In this document: positions 36,016 to 45,856 of the stretch, piece by piece | Numbering within the stretch: the stretch's first letter is position 1 | Layout: each line of letters starts with the position of its first letter | Source: Candidatus Competibacteraceae bacterium | GTDB lineage: Bacteria; Pseudomonadota; Gammaproteobacteria; Competibacterales; JAHEDQ01 | DNA length: 56,545 bases | NCBI GenBank assembly: GCA_024641125.1 | Contig: JAHEDQ010000003.1 | Span: 1-56,545 of the forward strand | Direction: 5' to 3' | Notes under the pieces: model-generated | What the model was told of the DNA's origin: nothing | Database searches by the model: none | Seen by the model: the letters and a program-made list of their open reading frames with translations, nothing else | Program-made: the position numbers and the translations under genes

Positions 36016-37473
36016 ATGCAGCTTCAGGATCCGAAACTATTTCGGCAGCAGTGCTATGTCGGCGGCCGTTGGATCGATGCGGACGACGGGGCCACCCTGA
36101 ACGTCAACGACCCCGCAAGCGGCAATTCGCTGGGAACGGTGCCGCGCCTGGGCACCGCGGAGACGCGGCGGGCGATCGAAGCGGCCAACGAGGCGTGGCC
36201 GGCCTGGCGGGCGCTGACGGCCAAGGAGCGCAGTCAGCGGCTGAGGCGCTGGTTCGACCTGATGATGGAGCATCAGGAAGACCTGGCCATGATCATGACC
36301 CGGGAACAGGGCAAATCCCTCACCGAGTCCCGGGGCGAGATCGCCTATGCGGCCTCGTTCATCGAATGGTTTGCCGAGGAAGGCAAGCGGGTTTATGGCG
36401 ACACCATCCCCAACAGCCTGCCGGATCGCCGGATTGTGGTTCTGAAAGAGCCCATCGGCGTATGTGCTGCCATCACACCCTGGAACTTCCCGGCGGCGAT
36501 GATCACGCGCAAGGCCGGTCCGGCCCTGGCTGCAGGCTGCCCCATGGTGATCAAACCGGCCAGTCAGACCCCCTACTCCGCCCTGGCACTTTGCGTGTTG
36601 GCGGAGCGTGCCGGCATCCCGCCCGGGGTATTGAATGCGGTGACCGGGTCGGCCCGCGAGATCGGCGCCGAGCTGACCGGCAACGCCAAGGTGCGAAAAC
36701 TCACCTTCACCGGATCCACCGAGATCGGCAAAATGTTGATGGCGCAATGCGCCGAAACGGTCAAAAAGGTGTCCCTGGAACTGGGGGGAAATGCGCCTTT
36801 CATCGTTTTCGACGACGCGGATCTGGACTCCGCTGTGCTGGGTGCCATGGCCTCGAAATACCGCAATAGCGGCCAGACCTGCGTCTGCGCAAACCGGATA
36901 CTGGTGCAGGACGGTGTGTACGACGCGTTCGCCGGCAAACTCGCCCAGGCCGTTTCGGAACTCAAGGTGGGTAACGGGCTGGACGAAGGCGTGAACCAGG
37001 GCCCTCTGATCGATATGGCCGCGGTGGAAAAAGTCGAAAGCCACATCGAGGATGCGCTGGCCAAAGGCGCCCGGGTTGTGGCCGGCGGCAAGCGCCACGC
37101 CTTGGGCGGCTCGTTCTTTGAGCCTACCCTGTTGGCCGATGTCACCACCGACATGCGGGTGACACACGAAGAGACTTTTGGCCCGGTGGCGCCACTGTTC
37201 CGTTTCAACTCGGAGGCAGAGGCCATCACCATGGCCAACGATACCGAGTTCGGTTTGGCCGCCTACTTCTACAGCCGGGATCTTGGCCGTGTCTGGCGGG
37301 TTTCGGAGGCCCTGGAGTACGGCATCGTCGGCATCAACTCCGGCATCATCTCCACCGAGGTTGCCCCCTTTGGCGGCATGAAGGAATCGGGCATCGGGCG
37401 CGAGGGCTCCAAATACGGTATCGACGATTTTCTCGAGATCAAGTACCTGTGCATGGGGGACATCGAGGCCTGA
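36016..37473 (+). CDS. gabD: NAD(P)-dependent succinate-/glutarate-semialdehyde dehydrogenase
   Basis: The track ORF starts at 35902. The ATG at 36016 has GGGAGGA upstream. Aldehyde dehydrogenase motifs: ITPWNFP, ELGGNAP, catalytic Cys in GQTCVCANR. Confidence 0.85.
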   Translation: MQLQDPKLFRQQCYVGGRWIDADDGATLNVNDPASGNSLGTVPRLGTAETRRAIEAANEAWPAWRALTAKERSQRLRRWFDLMMEHQEDLAMIMTREQGKSLTESRGEIAYAASFIEWFAEEGKRVYGDTIPNSLPDRRIVVLKEPIGVCAAITPWNFPAAMITRKAGPALAAGCPMVIKPASQTPYSALALCVLAERAGIPPGVLNAVTGSAREIGAELTGNAKVRKLTFTGSTEIGKMLMAQCAETVKKVSLELGGNAPFIVFDDADLDSAVLGAMASKYRNSGQTCVCANRILVQDGVYDAFAGKLAQAVSELKVGNGLDEGVNQGPLIDMAAVEKVESHIEDALAKGARVVAGGKRHALGGSFFEPTLLADVTTDMRVTHEETFGPVAPLFRFNSEAEAITMANDTEFGLAAYFYSRDLGRVWRVSEALEYGIVGINSGIISTEVAPFGGMKESGIGREGSKYGIDDFLEIKYLCMGDIEA

Positions 37474-37574
37474 TTGCGGCCAAGTACGAATCGCCCACCG
37501 GACGGGCGTCCGCGTGGCGGATGCCCGAGTGCATCAACGCTCGCGGCGCAACACCCTGAGTGGCAGATGGGAGG

Positions 37575-38354
37575 TCAGTAGGTGCCGGGATAGGCGCCGC
37601 CGTCGATCAGCACATTCTGGCCGGTCATGAAACCCGCCTGGCGGCTGCACAGGTAGGCGCAGGCCTCACCGAACTCTTCCGGATCGCCAAAGCGGCCGGC
37701 AGGAATGGTGGCGCGGCGGGCGGCCCGGGCTTGATCCACGGTGATGCCCTGAGCCTCGACTGCGCCCTGAATGATGCCCACCAGCCGATCGGTATCGAAT
37801 ATACCGGGCAGCAAATTGTTGATGGTGACGTTGTGCTGCACCGTTTCTCTGGCCAGGCCCGCTATGAATCCGGTCAAGCCCGAGCGTGCGCCGTTGGACA
37901 GGCCCAGAATCGGGATCGGCGCCTTCACCGCACCGGAGGTGATGTTCACGATGCGGCCAAAACGGCGTTCGATCATCCCATCGACGGTGCGCTTGATGAG
38001 TTCGATCGGGGTCAGCATGTTGGCATTCAGCGCCGCCATCCAATCGTCGCGATCCCAATCGCGAAAATTCCCCGGCGGCGGCCCGCCCGCGTTGTTCACC
38101 AGGATGTCCGGATCGGGACAACTCGCCAGCAGCGCCTCCCGCCCGGCCTCGGTGGTGACATCGGCGCATACCGTGGTCACCTGCGAGCCGGTGGCGGTGC
38201 GGATGTCATCGGCTGTCTGTTCAAGCGGCCCGGGGGTCCGCGCGGCAATGGTCACGGCGACCCCCTCACGGGCCAAAGACATGGCGCAGCCGCGTCCCAA
38301 ACCCTTGCTGGCGGCGCAGACGATGGCCCGACGACCGGCGATTCCAAGATCCAT
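37575..38354 (-). CDS. short-chain dehydrogenase/reductase (SDR)
   Basis: The track ORF extends to 38729. The ATG at 38354 has GGAGAA upstream and gives MDLGIAGRRAIVCAASKGLGRGCA (Rossmann motif), plus NNAG and a C-terminal SDR body. Confidence 0.8.
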   Translation of the reverse strand: MDLGIAGRRAIVCAASKGLGRGCAMSLAREGVAVTIAARTPGPLEQTADDIRTATGSQVTTVCADVTTEAGREALLASCPDPDILVNNAGGPPPGNFRDWDRDDWMAALNANMLTPIELIKRTVDGMIERRFGRIVNITSGAVKAPIPILGLSNGARSGLTGFIAGLARETVQHNVTINNLLPGIFDTDRLVGIIQGAVEAQGITVDQARAARRATIPAGRFGDPEEFGEACAYLCSRQAGFMTGQNVLIDGGAYPGTY

Positions 38355-38523
38355 ACCTGTTCTCCGTGTGAGATGCGTTGGGCGCGCCCCGAGAGCGGAC
38401 GAGGCGCGCCAATACTGAGAGCCTGATGATTTCCTGGTGTCAAAGCTTCCCGGCAGAGTGTAGCGGCCCGGCCGACGAGCGTGAATCGGTTTCCGCCTCT
38501 GCCGTTGGGCGCAGGCCATCGTT

Positions 38524-38910
38524 TCAGGTACAAGGCTCCGGCGGGTCCCGACGTCCGTCCAACCAGTCAAGCCAATGGCCGTAGTCCGGGCACATGCGAT
38601 AGGTCTGTGCGCCTGGCGTATTGTAGATGAACCCACATAAGGTGAGGGTCCGCACAAGATGCCGGGGAACCGCTGACGGCGACGCGGAACCGACCCGCGC
38701 CCGGTCCACGGCCAGGTCGCAGTCCACACCCCACTGCGCCTCCATATGCAGGCGGTTTACCGGTAAACGCTCGTTGGCCAGCGAATCGGTATCGTCTGCG
38801 GTCGCCACGTTACCCACTCCCAGCATCACACCAATTAAGCAACTTGCGTATGCGCGCACCGTTGGTCCCTGCGGCCGGACGCCATCTGTTTTACGGTACA
38901 AAATGAACAT
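38524..38910 (-). CDS. small secreted Cys-containing hypothetical protein
   Basis: Internal ATG at 38910 gives MFILYRKTDG..AYASCLIGVMLGVGNVATA, which looks like a signal peptide. No family recognised, and coding status is uncertain. Confidence 0.35.
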   Translation of the reverse strand: MFILYRKTDGVRPQGPTVRAYASCLIGVMLGVGNVATADDTDSLANERLPVNRLHMEAQWGVDCDLAVDRARVGSASPSAVPRHLVRTLTLCGFIYNTPGAQTYRMCPDYGHWLDWLDGRRDPPEPCT

Positions 38911-39048
38911 GATCCGTGGCGAACAGAGTGTTGAAGACGCCGCAGAGTGCCGAATCAAAGACCGCCGCGCGCTCCACCCTCCCCGGGCCTGGCGATCCGA
39001 TGCCCACCGATACGCAACCTGGACCTTGAGTTCGAGTGCCGGGCACTT

Positions 39049-39128
39049 GAGGCGCCTCTGATTTATTCGTGAAGGTGTATCTTGGGACTGAAATGCACAG
39101 CTTCGGCGTTGCCCGGCTTGGCCGCGAC
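39049..39128 (+). mobile_element. MITE-like element, copy C (left half only)
   Basis: GAGGCGCCTCTGATTTATTCGTGAAGGTGTATCTTGGGACTGAAATGCACAGCTTCGGCGTTGC... aligns with the left arm of copies A, B and D. Similarity then fades 6 nt before the fabR stop, and there is no right arm. Confidence 0.65.
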
Positions 39129-39134
39129 CCAGCC

Positions 39135-39770
39135 TCATTCAGGCCCGGGCGAAATCTGCTCGCGACGCGCCATGGCCTCGGCACCCAGCGCGATCATACG
39201 CAACTGCTGAACCATTTTCTGCGTAACATCTTGAACATTTTCCTCTTTATTATCGATGAACTCTAACCCTTCATTAAACACGATTGTCACCATAGACTCA
39301 GCCACGATGGAAATGTCGCTCATGAGAATACCCCGGTCTCGGCACTCCCGTTCCAGATCACACGCCAACTCGTCAATGAAGTGGTCGATCTCCCGCCGAA
39401 TGGCCCGTCGAAAAGCTGGCGATCCCACCGCCCGCTCCCGCGACAGCAGATAGAACAGATTTGCGTTTCCGATCAGAAACTGAATAAAGGTGTCCACCGA
39501 CGCGCGAACCACCCCACCTTCGGTACCGAACCGCTGGCGCGCCTCCCGCATCCGCCGCCTCAATTCCGTACCGGCCTCGTCCACCAGCGCCAGACCCAGC
39601 GCCTCCAGATCCGGGAAGTGGCGATAAAATGACGTGGGTGCAACCCCGGCCTCACGCGCCACCTCACGCAGACTCAGATTGCTAAACCCACGTTCCGCGC
39701 TGATTTGCCCCAAAGCCGCGTCGATCAAGGCCCGACGTGTTCGTTCCTTCTGTTGTGCCCGGACAGCCAT
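39135..39770 (-). CDS. fabR: TetR-family repressor of unsaturated fatty-acid synthesis, FabR
   Basis: The ATG at 39770 gives [52 protein letters not shown].... This is collinear with E. coli FabR ([20 protein letters not shown]...[20 protein letters not shown]) through to ..LQLRMI...RREQ. Confidence 0.85.
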   Translation of the reverse strand: [211 protein letters not shown]

Positions 39771-40055
39771 CGGTCCCCCGTCTTGGCATCCGCCCGACAT
39801 ATCGCGGGTGTCACCAACAATTGCGATTCAGAATACGCGCTGCAACGGACTGCAGGCGTGCTCCCCCAGATATCGTGCCCATCGATCCACGGCTCGGCCG
39901 CAAAGAACTTGACCGGGTGAGGCGATGTCGCTAGATTCAGCGAACACTTGTACGCTGAAACCCCTCTGGCGCACAAGAAAAAGACTGCTGTATGGGGCAA
40001 TTTCAACGCCACCCGCCGGTGAGGCGGGCCAAAAAGCGGATCAGAGGACCTAGGG

Positions 40056-42509
40056 ATGACGGCTTTCATGGTAGTGATCTTTATCCTGCTGGGGGCGCTG
40101 ACCCTGGCCTATCTAAACGCCACACTTTTGATTTGGACCGGGGCCAGCGGTGTCGCCCTGCTGACAGCGCAGCTCGCCGGCTTCGGTGTGACCCTGGCCT
40201 GGCTACCCTGGCTGGCCCTTTTGGCCCTGAACTGGACGCCGCTGCGCCATCGCCTGCTGGCTCGGCCCGCGCTGCGCGCTTTTCGCACCGTGCTGCCAGC
40301 CATGTCCTCAACCGAACGCGAAGCGCTGGAAGCCGGCAGCGTCTGGTTTGAGGGCGAATTGTTCTCTGGGCGACCCAACTGGAATACCCTGCTGAATACG
40401 CCCAAACCCGCCCTGAGCGAGTCCGAACAGGCATTCCTGGACGGCCCGGTGGAAATTCTTTGTGAGATGCTGGACGAATGGCAGATTACCCACGAATTGC
40501 GTGACCTGCCGCCAGAGGTGTGGTCGTTCCTGAAGCAGAATGGCTTCTTCGGGATGATCATCCCCACCGCAGATGGTGGGCTGGGTTTCTCCGCCCAAGG
40601 GCACTCGGCGGTGGTATCGAAGATTTCGACACGCAGCATCACCGCGGCCGTGACCGTCATGGTTCCCAACTCGTTGGGGCCGGCGGAACTGCTGCACCGC
40701 TACGGCACCGACGACCAGAAACACCATTATCTGCCCCGGCTGGCCAAGGGACAGGAGCTGCCCTGCTTTGCCCTCACCGGACCCTATGCCGGTTCCGATG
40801 CGGCCTCCCTGCCGGATCACGGGCTGGTGTGCTATGGCGAGTATCAAGGGGAACGGGTGCTCGGCCTGCGCATCACCTGGGAGAAACGCTACATCACCCT
40901 GGCGCCGGTTGCCACGGTACTGGGTCTGGCCTTCCAGGCCTCGGATCCCGACCATATTCTGGGCGCTGATACCGAGCTCGGCATCACCCTGGCGTTGATC
41001 CCAACCGACCACCCCGGGGTCAACATCGGCCGACGTCACTATCCCTCGGGGCAGGCGTTTATGAACGGCCCCAACTGGGGCAGGGACGTGTTCATCCCAA
41101 TGAGCATGGTCATCGGCGGCCAAGAGCAACTCGGCCAAGGGTGGCGCATGCTGATGAACTGTCTGGCGGCCGGTCGCGCAATTTCACTGCCGGCCATGGG
41201 CACATCCGCAGCCAAGCACGCGGCTCGCCTAACCGGCGCCTATGCCCGCATCCGCAAGCAATTCAAACTCCCCATAGGCAAGCTGGAGGGCGTGGAAGAG
41301 GCGCTGGGCCGAATCGGCGGCGAGGCCTACTCGCTGGAAGCGGCTCGGCGTCTGACCTGCGTGGCGCTGGACCAGGGGCACGAACCGGCGGTGGTGTCCG
41401 CCATGCTCAAGTACCGCGCCACCGAGGGCATGCGCAATACCCTGACCGACGCCATGGATGTGCATGGCGGCCGCGGTATTTGTCTCGGGCCCAGCAACTA
41501 CCTGGCAGCGGGTTACCAGGGCATTCCCGTAGGCATTACCGTGGAAGGCGCCAACATCCTGACACGCAGCCTCATCATCTTCGGGCAAGGCGCCATGCGC
41601 TGTCACCCCTGGCTGCTCAAGGAGATCCAGGCGGCGCAGAACCCGGATCAGGAACAGGGGCTGAGCGAGTTCGACGCTGCGCTGGGCGGCCACACGCGCT
41701 ACTTCGTCCGCAATCTGGCCCGCGCCATCGTGCTCAACCTCAGCGGCGGTCGCCTGCTGCCCGCACCGGTCGCGGGACACAATAGCCGCTGGTACCGGGA
41801 GGCAACCCGATCGAGCACCAATTTTGCCCTGGTTTCCGACCTGGCGCTGATGATTCTGGGCGGCGAACTCAAACGGCGCGAAAAGCTGTCCGGACGCTTT
41901 GCCGACATCCTGGTGGAGCTCTATCTGGTCAGTGCGGTTCTCAAGCGATTCGAGGACGAGGACCGACCCCAACAAGACCAGCCACTGGTGGATTGGGTGT
42001 GCCAGAACGCCCTCTACACCATTCAGCACCGCATGGACGAAATACTGGCGAATTTTCCCTCGCGCGCAGCGGGCTGGATATTGCGGCGCATCGTGTTCCC
42101 CTGGGGTCGCCACCGCCGACTGCCCAATGACCGAGTGAGTCATAAGATCGCGCAACTGTTGATGCAGCCGGGCGCGGCCCGCGATCGGTTGACCGCCGGC
42201 GTGTATGTCAATCACCGGCCAGACGACACCACCGGGCGTATGGAACACGCTCTGGACTTGACCGTACGTGCCGAGCCCATTGAACGGCGTATCCGGGACG
42301 CGCAACGTGATGGGCGCCTGGCACTGGCGCCGCGCGCTGATCCACTGACGGACGCACACACCGCGGGCGTGATCGACGGCGCCGAGTTGGAGCTGCTGCG
42401 CCGCACCGAAGCCGCCGTCCGTCTGGCCATCGATGTGGATGATTTTGCTCCGGAAGCACTCTCCGCCGTGGCTGGCACTGCACCGGACAAGAATGCCGAA
42501 GCGGCCTGA
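40056..42509 (+). CDS. fadE: long-type acyl-CoA dehydrogenase
   Basis: 817-aa ORF with N-terminal TM segments and an ACAD body, which is FadE architecture. Confidence 0.85.
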   Translation: MTAFMVVIFILLGALTLAYLNATLLIWTGASGVALLTAQLAGFGVTLAWLPWLALLALNWTPLRHRLLARPALRAFRTVLPAMSSTEREALEAGSVWFEGELFSGRPNWNTLLNTPKPALSESEQAFLDGPVEILCEMLDEWQITHELRDLPPEVWSFLKQNGFFGMIIPTADGGLGFSAQGHSAVVSKISTRSITAAVTVMVPNSLGPAELLHRYGTDDQKHHYLPRLAKGQELPCFALTGPYAGSDAASLPDHGLVCYGEYQGERVLGLRITWEKRYITLAPVATVLGLAFQASDPDHILGADTELGITLALIPTDHPGVNIGRRHYPSGQAFMNGPNWGRDVFIPMSMVIGGQEQLGQGWRMLMNCLAAGRAISLPAMGTSAAKHAARLTGAYARIRKQFKLPIGKLEGVEEALGRIGGEAYSLEAARRLTCVALDQGHEPAVVSAMLKYRATEGMRNTLTDAMDVHGGRGICLGPSNYLAAGYQGIPVGITVEGANILTRSLIIFGQGAMRCHPWLLKEIQAAQNPDQEQGLSEFDAALGGHTRYFVRNLARAIVLNLSGGRLLPAPVAGHNSRWYREATRSSTNFALVSDLALMILGGELKRREKLSGRFADILVELYLVSAVLKRFEDEDRPQQDQPLVDWVCQNALYTIQHRMDEILANFPSRAAGWILRRIVFPWGRHRRLPNDRVSHKIAQLLMQPGAARDRLTAGVYVNHRPDDTTGRMEHALDLTVRAEPIERRIRDAQRDGRLALAPRADPLTDAHTAGVIDGAELELLRRTEAAVRLAIDVDDFAPEALSAVAGTAPDKNAEAA

Positions 42510-42525
42510 CTCGAGCACCCTTGCA

Positions 42526-44523
42526 ATGCGTAAAACCGACTTCCCAACCGACCCTATACAGTCAGTCCTGGCGCTGACACACTGGCGACTGGAGCGGGAC
42601 GCGGACGGCGTCGCCTTCCTGATCCTGGATCGGGAAGGCGAAAGCACCAACTCCCTGTCCCGAGCGGTCCTGGCCGAACTGGGCCAGGTGCTCGACCATC
42701 TGGAATCCAATCTGCCCACGGGTCTGGTGCTGCTGTCCGGCAAAGCCAACGGGTTTATTGCCGGCGCGGATATACGGGAATTCGATGATGCGGACGATGC
42801 TCGACTCATCGCCGAACAGATTCGCAGCGTGCATCATCTGTTTGGCCGCCTGGCATCGCTGCCACGCCCCACGGCCGCTGCGATCAGGGGATTCTGCCTT
42901 GGCGGAGGCCTGGAGCTGGCCCTGGCCTGTGACTATCGTCTGGCCCAGGATACCGACGACACACGAATCGGCTTTCCCGAGATCCAACTCGGCATCTTTC
43001 CCGGCTTTGGCGGAACCGCACGCAGCACACGCCTGATCGGCGGCCGTCAGGCGATGGAATTGATGCTCACGGCGCGCTCGTTGCGGGCGCGGCCGGCCCG
43101 GGCAGCCGGGCTGGTCGACGAGGTGGTGGGCGCCCATGCTTCCCTGCGCTGGGCGGCACGGCGCGCGGTGCTGGCCAAGCGCAAAAGCCGGGGCGCGGGC
43201 CGCCTGGAGCGCCTGACCAACGCCCTGCCCTCAAGGGCGCTGTTGGCGCCGATCATGACCCGGCAGGTGGCCCGCAAGGCCCGGCCCGAACACTATCCCG
43301 CCCCCTATCGGCTGATTGAACTCTGGCGTCGCCACGGCGGCAATTTCAATTCGGTTCTGGAAGGCGAGGCTGTCGGTGTGGGCGAGCTCATGGTAGGCCC
43401 GACGGCGCGCAACCTGCGTCGTGTTTTTGGCCTCATGGAACAGCTCAAGGGTCTGGCAAAGGCCGGCCCGGAGGCCAAAAGTTTCAAACCGCAGCGGGTC
43501 CATGTGATCGGCGCCGGCGTGATGGGCGGCGACATCGCGGCCTGGTGCGTGACGCGGGGGTTGGAGGTCACGCTGCAAGATCGCGGTCTGGAGTACATTG
43601 AACCGGCTCTGGTCCGGGCCCGGACACTGTTCCGCAAGCGGCTCAAAAAAGCCCAGCTGGTGAAGTCGGCGGAAACGCGGCTGATCGCCGATCCCGAGGG
43701 CAAAGGCATACCCAGGGCCGATGTCATCATCGAAGCCATTTACGAGAACGCCGAGGCAAAACAGGACCTGCTCCGGAGTATCGAATCCCGGATGCAGGCC
43801 AATGCGGTGCTGGCCACCAACACCTCGGCCATTCCCTTGGCGACATTGGCCTCGGTGCTATCGCGGCCCGAGCGCCTGATCGGCCTGCATTTCTTCAACC
43901 CGGTTGCGCAGATGCCCCTGGTCGAGGTGGTACGGGACGAGCAGACCGAGGCGGAATCCGTCAGTCGAGGCTGCGCATTCGTGGGCCGAATCGGCAAATT
44001 CCCTCTTACCGTTCGCAGCGCGCCAGGCTTTCTGGTGAATCGGGTGCTGGCGCCCTATTTGATGGAAGCCCTCACCGCGCATCAGGAGGGTGTACCCAAG
44101 GAAACCCTGGACGAAGCCGCGCTGGCTTTTGGCATGCCCATGGGTCCAGTGGAGCTGGCCGATACAGTTGGGCTGGACGTGTGCCTTCAGGTGGCGGGAA
44201 TATTGGGCGACGATGCCAGCCCTGAGGCACGGGACCATTTGCGCAAACTGGTGGACGCGGGGCATTTGGGCAAGAAATCCGGCCAGGGTCTGTATCGGTG
44301 GGACAAGGGCAAACCGGTCAAACAGAAACCGGTCCCGACCGCGGTGGACAAGGTGGCGCTGGGCGAGCGCCTGATCGAGCCGCTGCTGCGGGAGTGTCAA
44401 CAGTGTGTAGAGGAGCAGATCGTCGAAAGCGCCGACTTGCTTGACGCCGGCGTTGTCTTCGGAACCGGTTTTGCGCCGTTCCGCGGCGGCCCGCTGCACT
44501 ATCTTTCCGAACGGACGGCGTGA
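42526..44523 (+). CDS. fadJ: fatty-acid oxidation complex alpha subunit (enoyl-CoA hydratase / 3-hydroxyacyl-CoA dehydrogenase)
   Basis: The track ORF starts at 42433. The ATG at 42526 follows the fadE stop. Crotonase motif (GFIAGADIREF, GFCLGGGLELALACD) followed by an NAD-binding motif VIGAGVMGGDIA. Confidence 0.8.
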   Translation: MRKTDFPTDPIQSVLALTHWRLERDADGVAFLILDREGESTNSLSRAVLAELGQVLDHLESNLPTGLVLLSGKANGFIAGADIREFDDADDARLIAEQIRSVHHLFGRLASLPRPTAAAIRGFCLGGGLELALACDYRLAQDTDDTRIGFPEIQLGIFPGFGGTARSTRLIGGRQAMELMLTARSLRARPARAAGLVDEVVGAHASLRWAARRAVLAKRKSRGAGRLERLTNALPSRALLAPIMTRQVARKARPEHYPAPYRLIELWRRHGGNFNSVLEGEAVGVGELMVGPTARNLRRVFGLMEQLKGLAKAGPEAKSFKPQRVHVIGAGVMGGDIAAWCVTRGLEVTLQDRGLEYIEPALVRARTLFRKRLKKAQLVKSAETRLIADPEGKGIPRADVIIEAIYENAEAKQDLLRSIESRMQANAVLATNTSAIPLATLASVLSRPERLIGLHFFNPVAQMPLVEVVRDEQTEAESVSRGCAFVGRIGKFPLTVRSAPGFLVNRVLAPYLMEALTAHQEGVPKETLDEAALAFGMPMGPVELADTVGLDVCLQVAGILGDDASPEARDHLRKLVDAGHLGKKSGQGLYRWDKGKPVKQKPVPTAVDKVALGERLIEPLLRECQQCVEEQIVESADLLDAGVVFGTGFAPFRGGPLHYLSERTA

Positions 44524-44550
44524 TCCGGTCCCAATCAAGGAATCGAACAG

Positions 44551-45831
44551 ATGAATCAATCCCTGCGCCGGGTGGCCATCGTGGGCAGCATCAGGATTCC
44601 GTTCTGCCGCTCCAACGGCGCCTATCAGGACCTGAGCAACAAGGACATGCTGGCTCACACTCTACAGGCACTGAGCACCCGGCTTGGCCTTGCCGGTCAG
44701 CGCATCGACGAAGTGGCGGGGGGCGCGGTAACCACCCATGCGGCGGACTGGAACCTCACCCGTGAGGCTTTGTTGAGCACCGATCTGGCACCCGCCACGC
44801 CGGGCATTACCCTGCAGCAGGCCTGTGGCACAAGTCTTCAGGCCGCCATGCTGCTGGGGGCGAAAATTGCAAGCGGCCAGATCGAAACCGCCATTGCCTG
44901 CGGCTCCGACACCACCAGCGACGTACCTATCGTATTCTCGCAGCGCTTTGCCAAGCGCTTGATCGCCCTGTCCCGGGCGCGAAATCTGACGACCCGCCTG
45001 GGCGCATTCAGGGGCATGAGCCTGGGCGAACTGAAACCGTTGCCGCCCTCGCCCCAGGAACCTCGTACCAAGCTGTCCATGGGTCAGCATTGCGAACTCA
45101 TGGCCAAGCAATGGCGGATTGGCCGTGCCGATCAGGACGCTCTCGCTCTGGCCAGCCACCGCAAGGCTGCCGCCGCCTATGAGCGTGGCTTCTTCGACCA
45201 CCTGGTGACGCCCTGTGAGGGCGTCGCCCGGGACAACAATATTCGGACCGACGCCAGCCTGGCGAGTCTGGCTGCGCTGCGCCCCGCCTTTGACCGCGGC
45301 GAGCATGGCACACTGACGGCCGGCAACAGCACCACCCTGACCGACGGCGCAGCGGCGGTGATGCTGGCCTCAGAGTCCTGGGCCGAGAAACACGGTCTGC
45401 CGGTTCTGGCCTACCTCACCCACAGCCGCGCGGCGGCGGTGGATTTCGTGTCCGGCGAGGGGCTGTTGATGGCTCCCACGGTGGCGGTTTCCGAAATGCT
45501 CGACGCCGCCGGTCTGAATCTGCAATCGTTTGACTTCTACGAGATACACGAGGCCTTCGCTGCCCAGGTTCTGTGCACCCTCAAGGCCTGGGAATCGGAG
45601 GACTACTGTCGCGACCGACTGGGACGTGCCCAGCCCCTGGGGGCAATCGATCCGGACAAGATGAACGTGGTCGGGAGCAGCCTCGCGGTTGGCCATCCGT
45701 TTGCCGCCACCGGGGCGCGCATCCTGGGGGTGCTGGCGAAACTGCTGGCGGACCAGGGTCAGGGACGTGGGCTGATTTCGGTCTGTACCGCCGGCGGAAT
45801 GGGCGTCAGCGCGATTCTCGAGTGCCCCTGA
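44551..45831 (+). CDS. fadI: 3-ketoacyl-CoA thiolase (FadI-like)
   Basis: 426-aa ORF. VAIVGSIRIPFCRSNGAY, active-site context QACGTSLQA, C-terminal CTAGGMG. Confidence 0.8.
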   Translation: MNQSLRRVAIVGSIRIPFCRSNGAYQDLSNKDMLAHTLQALSTRLGLAGQRIDEVAGGAVTTHAADWNLTREALLSTDLAPATPGITLQQACGTSLQAAMLLGAKIASGQIETAIACGSDTTSDVPIVFSQRFAKRLIALSRARNLTTRLGAFRGMSLGELKPLPPSPQEPRTKLSMGQHCELMAKQWRIGRADQDALALASHRKAAAAYERGFFDHLVTPCEGVARDNNIRTDASLASLAALRPAFDRGEHGTLTAGNSTTLTDGAAAVMLASESWAEKHGLPVLAYLTHSRAAAVDFVSGEGLLMAPTVAVSEMLDAAGLNLQSFDFYEIHEAFAAQVLCTLKAWESEDYCRDRLGRAQPLGAIDPDKMNVVGSSLAVGHPFAATGARILGVLAKLLADQGQGRGLISVCTAGGMGVSAILECP

Positions 45832-45856
45832 CCCGCCGCGACGGCAGACGGTCGAT

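Noticed and set aside
39135-39175. The idea that the truncated element copy C supplied the C-terminus and stop codon of the TetR-family gene, based on weak similarity of GCGAAATCTGCTCGCG to the element's GCGATCTGCGCC block.
   Set aside because: The protein's end (..[22 protein letters not shown]) is collinear with E. coli FabR (..[24 protein letters not shown]..). The C-terminus is therefore native and the nucleotide resemblance is chance.
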